Shown one piece after another: positions 11,633 to 22,184 of a stretch of DNA of 31,214 nucleotides; the first letter of the stretch is position 1; every line of letters begins with the position of its first letter. This DNA comes from Octopus sinensis (lineage: Eukaryota). The translations under genes and the position numbers were made by a program. Under the pieces are notes generated by a model. That model searched no databases. It saw only the letters and a program-made list of their open reading frames with translations, and had not been told where the DNA came from. Where the stretch lies: assembly GCF_006345805.1 (NCBI RefSeq), contig NW_021832312.1, positions 1 through 31,214 on the forward strand, written 5' to 3'.

Positions 11633-11835
11633 AAGAGCTCTCTATGTGGTTGCATGACCTGCTAGAAATAGCAACCATATCTCTTTTCTATCGTACCCTA
11701 GCATGTCATTTTGGAAGATGTAGCTTTAGATGTACTGTGTATAAAACAAAGTATGGTGGGGTGGTCACAAATGAAATGCTTTTTTCATACGGTCAACTCG
11801 AGCAAGGTTGACCACGGGCTAAACAGCCACAGCAA
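11633..11835 (+). repeat. Interspersed repeat family D
   Basis: gagctctctatgtggttgc..ctagaaatagcaacc..ggtcacaaatgaaatgctttt. A homologue lies on the minus strand at 23085-23212, with a possible fragment at 17745-17785. Confidence 0.55.
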
Positions 11836-11865
11836 CATTTTTATGTAAGTTCAATGTTTCATATG

Positions 11866-12570
11866 AAGGCGACAAGCTGACAAGATCATTAGCAGCTCGG
11901 ACAAAATGCTAAGCGGTATTTTCTCCGAGATCGACTTTGCCTTTCATCCTTTCGGGGTCGATAAATTAAGTACCAGTTACGCACTGGGGTCGATGGAATC
12001 GACTTAATACCTATGTCTGTCCTTGTTTGTCCTCTCTATGTTTAGCCCCTTGTGGGTAATAAAGAAATAGGTATTTTCTCCGGTTCTTTACATTCGGAAT
12101 TCAAATCTCACTGAATTCAAATTTGCCTTCCCTCCTTTCGGGGTCGGTAAAATTAAGCACCAATCAAGCACAGAGGTCAATATGATCGACTTGTCCCCTC
12201 CCCTCAAAATTACCTCCCTTGAATTCTATAACCGACTGCTGTCACATTCAAAGGAAGTGTTGTGAGCATGAGCACTTATTTGCCATGAAAACCGAGTAAC
12301 CGGCCTCCATAGCAAGACCATTAGCAGCTTGAACAAAATGCTTAGAGACATTTTTCCGGTTCAAATCCCACAAAAGGCAAATTTGCCTTTCTTCCTTTCG
12401 GGGTCGATAAAATTAAGCACCAACCAAGCATAGGTTGATATGATCGACTTGTCCCACCTACCATCAAAATTTCTGACATTGAACTCTATAACCGACTGGC
12501 GTCGCGTTCAAGGTAAGTATTGTGAACATGGGTACTTATACGCCATGGAAATCGAGTAACCGGTCTTATG
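11866..12570 (+). mobile_element. Composite: old SINE A with a nested 5'-truncated young A (11928-12069), then a second A copy; both old copies are joined to group C-like tails
   Basis: 13-bp TSD ggtattttctccg at 11915-11927 and 12070-12082. 12110-12305 is repeated at 12360-12565 (..gccatg(a/g)aaa(c/t)cgagtaaccgg). Confidence 0.85.
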
Positions 12571-12735
12571 AATCTTAGAAATTAAGAAAAGAAATGTATG
12601 ATATGGCTTCTTCCGTAAATAGCTGCTCCCGTAAGCAAACCGCTTCACCTTTATGAATCCTAGGAATAAAGAAAAATGTATCATATGGTTTCTTCTCTAA
12701 ACGGCTGTTCCTCGGAACAAGTTACTTCTCATTTT
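12568..12735 (+). repeat. Diverged ~85-bp tandem duplication
   Basis: atgaatcttagaaattaagaaaa..atgtatgatatggcttcttc versus atgaatcctaggaataaagaaaaatgtatcatatggtttcttc. Confidence 0.75.
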
Positions 12736-13289
12736 AAAAATATTTCAAACGATTTATTTGATACACGCCAGTACTAGGTGTAGATCATCAAATACTAGCA
12801 ACAACTAGTAGAGCACTTTATCTTCTTTTTGGTCTGACTGTCTTTTACACTGAAGCGAACTGATGTTCAACTCTTTCCTTGCCAGCCTCTCGTGTTTCGT
12901 ACTTATACATGCATTCACACACAATGTTCACTTGGATACAGATTTACACATAAACTTACACTTATTCATATACATTTGTACATAATACATAAATGTGTAC
13001 ATACATACATACATAAAAATATACATATATACAAGTATACATACGTACTTACATAAGCACATGCATACGATTAGTTGCACATGGAAAATATACATACATA
13101 CAAATAATAATATAAAAAAACTGGTCAGAGGTGACACAGGTATCTTTCTCTTATGTATATATAGATATAAAAAGAAAAAGAACGTAAATTAGCCTAAGAA
13201 AATTATTGTATATTGCTTAAATTTATTTTGATTTGTGTATGTGTGTGTGTGTGTCTGGTACTGGCGAGTCACTTTTTATTACATCTTGA

Positions 13290-13377
13290 TATGTATGTAT
13301 GTATATATATACATATATATATACGCGTGTGTGTGTGTGTGCATGTGCGTGTGAGTGTATGTGCGTATATATATATA

Positions 13378-13416
<39 letters not shown>

Positions 13417-13455
13417 AGTATATATATATGCATATAAGTATTTAAGTTATATATG

Positions 13456-13536
<81 letters not shown>
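13290..13536. repeat. (TA)n/(TG)n compound microsatellite
   Basis: Direct reading. Confidence 0.95.
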
Positions 13537-13537
<1 letters not shown>

Positions 13538-13639
13538 CAGGCGTGGCTGTGTGGTAAGAAGCTTGCTTACCTACCACATGGTTCCGGGTTCAGTCCCACT
13601 GCGTGGCACCTTGGACAAGTGTTATTCTACTATAGCTTC
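13538..13639 (+). mobile_element. SINE group B, 5' head only
   Basis: ggcgtggctgtgtggtaag..gggttcagtcccactgcgtggcaccttggacaagtg. Confidence 0.88.
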
Positions 13640-13692
13640 AAGCGTTGAGCCACTCAGCTAAATATTAATAAAAATATACATAAACTCATATT

Positions 13693-13790
13693 TTGAGTTC
13701 TATTTTTCCTGGTTGCATCAACATGCCAATATATGTATCCCTTAATGCATATATTGGCATGTTGATGCAACCGGGAAAAATAGAACTCAA
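13693..13790. repeat. 46-bp near-perfect inverted repeat with a 6-nt loop
   Basis: Arms 13693-13738 and 13745-13790; two mismatches; loop ccctta. Confidence 0.95.
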
Positions 13791-13887
13791 GAATACAACA
13801 AGGAGAAATAGTTAGACTAATGTAGAGCAAACGGAAAACTAGACAGAAGCTATAATGACGGGAAATTAAACAAAGACACGATACACG

Positions 13888-13970
13888 GAATATTCGCAGC
13901 TAAGTTTTTCTCTTCAGTCAATGGCGCAAAATATCATGGTGGTTTCGCGCCATTACCATTGGGACCACTC
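13888..13970 (-). ncRNA. Type III-topology hammerhead-like motif, copy 1
   Basis: GAGUG-GUC-C-CAAUGGU..GCCAUUG-A-CUGAAGA-G..C-GAA-UAUUC; non-canonical GAAU core. Confidence 0.45.
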
Positions 13971-14838
13971 AATTTTGCAGGTGCCAGTGCTGTTATTAAG
14001 CTACTGGGAAAAAGCTAGCGAATGTATACTAAGACAGAAACAAAGAAGCCATTATATAAATACAACAGACAAATAATTATGCATATATAACAGCAGGCAG
14101 CCTTGCGGCTATATACAACAGGAGAAAATATCTAATAATTATATATATACCACAAATACAAGAGAAAGAAATTTGCAACAATCAAACGAACTTAGTGCGG
14201 TTGCGCAAAAATGAAACTGAGTAAGTCCTAGAGGGCGTTGCAGAAGCTCAGACCAGCATGACCAGTCTAGTCAAAGGAAGGGCGAAAAGGAAGACCGCCT
14301 TCGTTGGACATAGGTCATATGGTATGGAAGAGGAAGTGTTGAGAGAGGGAAAGAGAAGCGACAGAGAGAGAGAAAAACAAAGAAAGGTACAAGGGAAGTG
14401 AGCAAGGGCGAAAATAGAGGGTAAAAGTAAAGAAAGAGGAAGAGTCAGAGTAGAGGTAGAAAGAGATAGAGTAAGAGGGAAAGAGGGGGAGACAGAGAGA
14501 GAGAGAACGAAAAAGAAGGGGAGACAGAGAGAGAAGAGAAAGATACAAGGGAGGCAAGTAAGGGCGGAAAGAGAGAGTAGGAGTGGAGAAAGAGATAGAG
14601 TAAGAGTAGAGGTGGAAGGAGGTATAGTAAAAGTAGAGAGAGAGAGTTAAGAGTCGCACAATAAATATTCAAGGAATATTTTTTACAAAAAAAGTAAGCA
14701 AAGGAGGGGAGCGCTGCGCTACCTGGATGTATTAAGAGAAAGAACACAATAAGGAGAACATTTAGACTAAAGCAGAACAAACGGAAAACTAGGCGAAAAC
14801 TTAATAGACAAGAAATTTAGACAACTACACGATACACG

Positions 14839-14919
14839 GAATATTCGTAACTGAGTTTTCCTCGTCAGTCAATGACCCAAAATATCAGTGGTTTTGCGCC
14901 ATTATTATTGAGACCACTC
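14839..14919 (-). ncRNA. Type III-topology hammerhead-like motif, copy 2
   Basis: GAGUG-GUC-UCAAU..AUUGA-CUGACGA-GGAAAACUCAGUUAC-GAA-UAUUC. Confidence 0.5.
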
Positions 14920-15059
14920 AATTTCGTAGGCACCAGTGCTATTAAGCTACTAGGAAAATACTAGAGAACGTATACTATCGTCTACCTTTTCTCTTTGTAT
15001 TCTTTCTGTTCAACCCTTGATACATCCATGTAGCGTAATACACATCCTGTTTGTTTAGC

Positions 15060-15073
15060 TATATATGTATACA

Positions 15074-15128
<55 letters not shown>

Positions 15129-15219
15129 ATATATATATATATATAATATATATATACACTCATACATATATATATATATACACTCATACATATATATATA
15201 TATACACACACTCATACAA

Positions 15220-15250
<31 letters not shown>

Positions 15251-15271
15251 GTATATTATATGTATACACAT

Positions 15272-15338
<67 letters not shown>
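15060..15338. repeat. (TA)n-rich microsatellite
   Basis: Direct reading. Confidence 0.95.
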
Positions 15339-15341
<3 letters not shown>

Positions 15342-15397
15342 TAGGAAATGAAATATACACCATAATCACCATATATAAATTTAATTCGTTCCAATGT

Positions 15398-15710
15398 TTT
15401 CCGGTCCCCGAAGATCACAGACATAATTTTATCTCTAATAGAAATAACTTTATAATGAGCGACAGTTGTATCAGAAATCTTGCAGCTTCACTAACCAGTC
15501 AAACAAAGAACTCGTAAAGCTTCTCATAATTGCAACAAACCTAATATCGCCTTTCATCGGTAAGCACTTTTCTTAAACGTTTGCTTATCGATATAAGTGG
15601 GAAAAAATTTAGGACTTACTGGAAATACCTTTAAAATAGGGTTATTTTGGCATGTGTATACATTCAATCATTCAGATACTCAGGACACTTCAAATTTTCA
15701 CATCTCTATA
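15398..15710 (+). pseudogene. Degenerate Penelope-like ORF fragment (post-RT linker, Cys-rich motif, GIY-YIG N-terminus)
   Basis: [29 protein letters not shown] resembles FP..H.Y.KIFNRN.IK.SYSC..NL. NCNKPNI/PFIGK resembles CNC...CPL.GKC. LGLTGNTFKIGLFWHVYTFNH resembles YIGLT..TFK.R...H..TF.H. Confidence 0.75.
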
Positions 15711-15726
15711 CATTCCAAAATAATTA

Positions 15727-16113
15727 TCTCTACTATAGGCACAAGGCCTTGAAACTTTTGGTGGGAAAGGGGCTAGTCGATTATATTGAACCCAGTACGA
15801 AACTGGTACTTATTTAATCGACCCCGAAAGGATGAAAAACAAAGTCGATATCAGCGGAATTTGAACTCAGAATGCAGCGGCAGACGAAATACCTATTTCT
15901 TTACTACCCACAAGGGGCTAAACACAGCGAGGACAAACGGATTAAGTCGATTACATCGACCCCAGTACGTAACTGGTACTTAATTTATCGACCCCGAAAA
16001 GATGAAAGGCAAAGTCGACCTCGGCGGAATTTGAACTCAGAACGTAACGGCAGACGATATACGGCTACGCATTTCTTCCAGCGTGCTAACGTTTCTGCCC
16101 GTTTGCCGCCTTA
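15727..16113 (-). mobile_element. Composite SINE A: young copy (15894-16113) joined into an older copy (15727-15893)
   Basis: Junction gacgaaatacc|tatttctttact; two A bodies but only one head. Confidence 0.9.
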
Positions 16114-16418
16114 GATCCCAAAATAATAAAATCAATTGGTCATTATAGAACCTTCGACCTCCTGTACTGATGGCACAAGAAGATGTGACTATTCTCTCTC
16201 GGAGGGATATCCCATTTCATTAAAAATTTCCCCAATTTTGTACAAAAGACCGGAAATTTTGAATACTTGCGGACATTCCCATCGATTTTTATTGAAGAAT
16301 TTCGAACTGACCAAAACAGTTTATATTCCTCATAATGGATTCGCCATGTTGAAAGGTGTTTACATATCGACAAAAAAAAAAAATTAATGTTTATTAGCAT
16401 TGATATCTCACCAACAAT

Positions 16419-16633
16419 AAGGCGGCGAGCCGATAAAATCGTTTGCATGCCGGACAAAACACTTAGCTGCATTTTGTCTGTTTTTACGTTCTGTTTTCAA
16501 ATTCCGTCGAAGTCAACTCTGCCTTTCATTCTTTTGGTTTTGATAAAATTAGTCCCATTTGAACAATGGCATCGATGTAATCAACGTACTCGTTCCCAAA
16601 ATTGCCGGCCTTGTACCAAAATTTGAAATCAAC
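16419..16633 (+). mobile_element. SINE group A (older tail) with probable TSD
   Basis: Full head and body, flanked by tcaccaacaata and tcactaacaata. Confidence 0.85.
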
Positions 16634-16792
16634 ATTTTCACTAACAATAGCTGCCGGCTTTATCAAAAAGGCAATATCTCCTGAGCGAGCCTGCTTTAGT
16701 TGATGACAGAAGAAACATCATTTTGTCTGCTAAGGAATTTATGCATGCATGTATGTATGTATGTATGCATGTATGTATGTATGTATGTATGT

Positions 16793-16895
16793 GTGGAGGC
16801 ACATGGTCTAGGGGTTAGAGCAGCGGACTCGCGGTCGAGGGATCGTGGGTTCGAATCTCAGACCGGGCGATGTGTGTGTTTATGAGCGAAACACC
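16793..16895 (+). mobile_element. SINE group C head type 2, 3'-truncated
   Basis: Homologous to 7492-7595. Confidence 0.85.
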
Positions 16896-16896
16896 T

Positions 16897-17100
16897 GGCC
16901 ATCGAAAAGATTGCTCGAGCATTTTTTCGATGGCCTGATAACTGAAGAGATGGTGGCATGGGTTTCCGGCCCGATATCCGAAACTCGGAGTTTTACTATG
17001 GCTACCGAATAATTGTCACATATGATATTTACAAATAAATTCCTCTATTTACATAACATCGAGGTCTCTTTCAATCTTTTGTTGTCTTATCATTTTTATC
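16897..17100 (+). mobile_element. Penelope-like terminal repeat: palindrome (16897-16935), hammerhead, AATAAA tail
   Basis: ggccatcgaaaagattgctc|gagcattttttcgatggcc, then a hammerhead, then aataaa at ~17034. Confidence 0.65.
16937..16998 (+). ncRNA. Type I hammerhead ribozyme
   Basis: UAA-CUGAAGA-GAU..GGG/CCC..AUC-C-GAAA-CUC-G-GAG-UU-UUA. The core is intact, stem III is ACUC/GAGU and stem I is short. Confidence 0.65.
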
Positions 17101-17105
17101 ATATA

Positions 17106-17462
17106 CTAGCAGTATCGCCCGGCGTTGCTCGGGTTTGTTTCGACCCGCTGGAATTGTAATTTTGAAAAGTAAAAATTTTGTGAACATTTTTCTGGTCGAA
17201 ATACACCGAAAAGTGGCGACACAGCAGTGAAAAAATCGTAAAAAATAGGGATTTTCATAGAAAAAAGCATCTTTTTGATGTAAATAATTTTTGGTGTTAA
17301 CATGGTCCGATTGAATTTTATGTTCTACGGAAGGAAGAGCAACCCTTCTTCTATCATACTCTCAATTTTGGTCAACTTGCGCCGCAGGGTCTCGGAGGAG
17401 ATAGTGTTAGTTGAAGGTTACCAAACGTGGCGCACACAGACAACTTTAGCTTTATATAGAGA
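17106..17462 (-). mobile_element. Non-autonomous Helitron-like element
   Basis: The minus strand begins A|TCTCTATATAAAG and ends cccgagcaacgccggg (hairpin) cgatactg CTAG|T. This gives a 5' TC, a 3' CTAG, a subterminal hairpin, an AT target and no TSD. Confidence 0.85.
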
Positions 17463-18654
17463 TAACACACACACATTAATACACATACATAGACACACAC
17501 ACACATGTATGTATGGATGTATATATGGGTACTGTATCGCAGAGTGGTCCCGGTTGCGCACACGCGGATTCGCGCGTGCGAGCCAGACGTAGGTACTCGA
17601 TACTCGATCGCCCTTAAATAATTATTTTTTTTTACAGAAACGCGAACGTATATAACGCGCAAAATTATTCCGTAGAATTTATCAAATTAAATAACGCAAA
17701 ATTAATATATTTTTTGAAATTGCAAATTATTTAGAATATAAAAATCTGGCTGCTATTTCTAGGTGCTTGAGTAACAACCTCGCGGATTTACAGATAAATG
17801 AATTAATTACTATTTTACAGAATAAAATTAAATAATTCTTGAAAATTAATTAATATTAATATTTTTTGAACAAAGTAAATAATTTTTAAAACTTAAATAA
17901 TAATTGTTTTTACACAAACGCGAACGGGGAAAAGGGGGTGGCGAATTCGATTTTTTTATTTTCGTTGAATGAATAGAAAAAATGTATAATATATGTTGTA
18001 CATACCTAAATTTATTCTTTTTCATGACATTGTAGCAAAATAGTAGTGAATTATATAAATACCAGCAGTACATTTTTTTTTCTGGGGTATTTTTTTTCAA
18101 CCTCGTCACATATTTGCCCCTTTCAATATAAACAAAGTCTTAATTAAGCAATTACGGCAGCTTAGCAATGGTTTCAATACAGGCGTGACATCTGTATCTC
18201 AATTGTTCAAAACCCTTGGAATTTTTTCGCACGTGATGATATCATAGTGAAAACTTTCAATTACGCGCGCTTAGAAGTACGCTCGCAAATTAATTTGAAG
18301 TTCGCGCTCCGCTTGTGTGTGTGTGTGTGTGCGTGCTTTAGATGTACGTAGGTATGTGTTTTTGTGTGTGTGTGTCACTGAAGCCATACATACATAATAT
18401 AATACATAACCCCTCTCTCTCTCTTTTCTCTCTCAGTCACTCACTACAAAAAGTGAATAAAAAAGTTCAGTTATTTCTGTCTTTCACTCTCTCTGTCTCT
18501 TTACACACACTAACAAAATCACTTCACTTACACCCCACAATTCTGTGTCGCACACCCATCAAACACACACACACACACACACACACACCACACACACACA
18601 TCACGCACGCACCACACATGTACATCAATGCTTTCGGAGTGAAATGTTAAAATA

Positions 18655-19372
18655 TTGAGTTTTCTCGAATTTTGTCTTAATTGGGGGTGAAATTGAAAGA
18701 AATTTGTTATGGCATGACCGAATGGAGTACTTTGAAAATCTTAGGTAAACTCTAATTGAAGAAATTGTGTGAGGAGTAAATCGTTATGTATTTATTTGTT
18801 TCTGTTTGCTGTGTTTTTTATTTTCTTGAGTAGTGGTTTAAGGTACACTTGCAAAGAGAAAGTGGGAGAAATTATGTTGATAGCATGAGTGATCCGTTTT
18901 ATAGAAATACTTTCAGTTTAGTCTTCCTCAAATCACTCTGTCGCTATTTACTCTCTTCCAAGAACATTTTCACTCACTCTTATCTCTTAGCTTGCCATAC
19001 ATTTTACTCATGTATCTATCAGCGTGATAGACAGAAACAAATATTACATCGCCATCGCCATCGCCATCGCATTCTATTGTCTACCTGTCAACACACACAC
19101 AGTGAATTACTTTCACTTTATTCGTTGCACACTGTGTGTGCGGTGCGTGTGGTGTAAACCACATTAAGAAAAGCATTTGACATACACACCAGAATGTGAG
19201 TTCTGTAAATTTTGCTTAATTGGAGTTTAAATTTTAAAAACTGGACCTGGCATGACCCGATGCATTCTACTCTTAAAAATGCTAGGTAAATTGTAATTGA
19301 AGAAATCCTATGTTGTAGATTTCTATAAGTGACCAAGGGAGGCAGATAAAATCTGCCTTTTATAATAAGAGA
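18655..19372 (-). mobile_element. Probable Helitron-like 5' portion with an internal ~130-bp direct repeat (18657-18790, 19197-19327)
   Basis: The minus strand starts A|TCTCTTATTATAAAAGGCAG, like the 17462 terminus. The 3' CTAG end was not found. Confidence 0.5.
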
Positions 19373-19549
19373 TATAATGCAGACGGACATTACTTCCTAG
19401 AGTGAGTCTCTCTGGATTTGTTTTTCTAAAAACGATATATATGTGGGTAGGGGTGTATATATATATACATATTGTTGTTTTTGTCCTGTTATTACTATTA
19501 TTGTTTTTTGTATTTATATTCGTGTGGCATCGTCCGTTTTTCTGTCCTT

Positions 19550-19760
19550 GTTTCGTATACATTCGATCCTTTTTCCAAGAAATCTAATGCTCGTAGCTTA
19601 GGTTATCCTTGGGGCTGGCCAGATCGGAGAAATCTCAAGATTAATCAGCCGAAATTGCGAGGATGATCCGGTTCTAGACTGAAGATTAGAGGCTTCGAAT
19701 GACCCGTCCGTTTTCGTATCGTCTATTTGAACGTTTTGCGTTCTTGTCCCATTTTATATA
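19550..19760 (+). mobile_element. Third, more diverged copy of the 13.8/14.8-kb hammerhead-like repeat
   Basis: gtatacattcg..ttttcc..tctcaa..taat..gaaa..gactgaaga..cgaat is colinear with the reverse complement of 13870-14030. Confidence 0.6.
19625..19706 (+). ncRNA. Type III-topology hammerhead-like motif, copy 3
   Basis: CGGAGAA-AUC-UCAAGA..UCUAGA-CUGAAGA-UUAGAGGCUUC-GAA-UGACCCG. Confidence 0.4.
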
Positions 19761-19764
19761 TTTT

Positions 19765-19779
19765 TTATACATAATATAT

Positions 19780-19812
<33 letters not shown>

Positions 19813-19873
19813 CACATATAATATATATATATAATATATATATATGATATATGTATGCATATGTATATATATA

Positions 19874-19935
<62 letters not shown>

Positions 19936-19990
19936 ATATATATATATATACATATATATACACAATATATATAATATATATAATATATAT
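19765..19990. repeat. (TA)n-rich microsatellite
   Basis: Direct reading. Confidence 0.95.
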
Positions 19991-20341
19991 ATTATATAAA
20001 AGGGCTTAGTAAAATAAATACTTTGCCGCATACTGAACTCATTAAAATAGCAGCTAAAAAACTTTTTTAAAGCTATTTCTAAACTTAAAGAAAATCTCTC
20101 TCATATATAGTGTTTGCTTAATTCAACTCACAAAAGTTTGGGGGTAAGGACATCGAAAAATCAAATGCTTTTTCGATGTCCTTACCCCCAAACTTTTGTG
20201 AGTTGAATTAAGCAAACACTATATATGAGAGAGATTTTCTTTAAGTATTAGAAATAGCTTTAAAAAAGTTTTTTAGCTGCTATTTCTAATGAGTTCAGTA
20301 TGCGGCAAAGTAATTTATTTTACTAAGCCCTTTTATATAAT
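19991..20341. repeat. 170/173-bp inverted repeat with an 8-nt loop (inverted duplication of a Penelope-like tail; the + arm's sequence continues to ~20435)
   Basis: Arms 19991-20160 and 20169-20341 differ by three 1-nt indels by eye; loop tcaaatgc; homologous to 695-800. Confidence 0.95.
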
Positions 20342-20430
20342 GTATAATTTGAATTCGCCTTGAATGGTCCCTTTGCATACTGAACACTGGTGAATTGATA
20401 ATAATTAATTAATTTTGCCCTCAATTGTTG

Positions 20431-20434
<4 letters not shown>

Positions 20435-20461
<27 letters not shown>

Positions 20462-20720
20462 GATATATGTATGCATATGTATATATAATATTTATATATA
20501 TATTATATATATATATATATATATACATATATATACACCACACACATATATATATATATATATAATATATATATATATGATATATGTATGCATATGTATA
20601 TATATATATATATATTATATATGTATATATATATATCTAGATATATATATATATACATATATATAATATATTTATACACACACACATACAATCATATATC
20701 CATACATACAGAGAGACAGA

Positions 20721-20754
<34 letters not shown>

Positions 20755-21311
20755 TCATATAAACATTTGTATTTATACATTTGAAAGACAATATTTAAAC
20801 AACGTTGTGTACTACTGTGTGTTCATTTGCTTGTATCTGTGTGTGTGTGAAGTAATCATTTGTATAAATGTGTATACGTATACGTAAGCGGTATTGTTTG
20901 TTTAACTCTGTGTGTGTTCCCTAAACGTGTCTTTGTTCGTACACAACATTGCGCGTGCGTGTGTGTGTGCGTATGTGTGTGTGTGTGTGTGTGAATCTAT
21001 ATATATAAGTAATTGTATATGTTTATATAGTCTCTCTACATATTTACGTTTAAGAGGATAAGTGTAGGATGTGAATGTATGTGTGTATGTATATATTTTT
21101 TCTGCATGAGCTGTTTTGTGTATATTGATGTAAATATATGTATGATCGCGTGTGCGTATGTGTGTGTGTGTTGTGTGTGTGTGTGTAAGCTCCATCCCTA
21201 TTTCTCATATATTCATGTATCTGTGTATGAGCGTGAGTGTATGTGTGCTTATGTGGTCTCTATACATATGTTTGTGTGAATGCATGCGTGCTTATGTGTA
21301 TATCTATGTAC

Positions 21312-21357
<46 letters not shown>

Positions 21358-21748
21358 AGTATACATATATATATATATAAATATTATATATATATTCGTT
21401 AATTCGTGTGTAATCGTACATATGTAAATCACAAATATATGAGAGCGAATGCGTGTGAGAGACCAACCTGTACATGACTCTGTGTATGGTGTATGGTAAA
21501 TATATGTGTGGATCTATATATATATATATACTTATAATATATAGATATAGATATAGATATAGATATAGATATAGATATATGGAGGATTCATATGCGTTGT
21601 GTCCGTCAATGTATAGTACGTGAATTATATATATACACACATATGTACATGTATGTATATTTACATGCTCACACACATATCTATAAATATTTGTATATAT
21701 TTATCTATGAATATAATATATATATCTAAATATTATATATATATATAT

Positions 21749-21785
<37 letters not shown>

Positions 21786-21835
21786 ATATATATATATATA
21801 ATATATATATATATATTATATATATATATATATGA
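20435..21835. repeat. Extended field of (TA)n, (TG)n, (CT)n and (ATAGAT)n microsatellites
   Basis: Direct reading; (ATAGAT)n at 21541-21578. Confidence 0.9.
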
Positions 21836-22184
21836 GATGTGTGTAGTGCTGTACATTCTATCCTCTGAGAGTAGGTGGAGTTCTTTGTGCTGAACTGAAG
21901 CCGTGTTTCTTTTGATACTCAACTCGTCTTTCAATTATATTCTTTATTTATCGAATGGTTCCCTCATTTACCTGGCAGAGTACATCTTTGGCAACATCCA
22001 CCCCTCTTTCACCCTTAATTTATTGCCAGCTTCTATTTTGCCTGACTCATCTCTATCTCTCTCCCTCCCACTCTCGCTTTCTCTCTCTCTCCTTCTCTCT
22101 TGCTCTTTCTCTTTGTCTCTCTCTCTCTCTCTCTCAGCCTTATCTCTTCTGGATAAGCTCTGCACCGTGTACCTATACCGGACC

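Larger units (their letters stand above)
13767..14976 (-). mobile_element. Non-coding unit bounded by ~260-bp direct repeats (13767-14030, 14718-14976), each with a hammerhead-like motif (PLE- or retrozyme-like)
   Basis: Shared blocks: aaggagaa..ttagactaa..caaacggaaaactag, acacgatacacggaatattcg, tcagtcaatg, gaccactcaattt, attaagctact, gtatact. The spacer includes a GA-rich tract (14325-14650). Confidence 0.7.
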
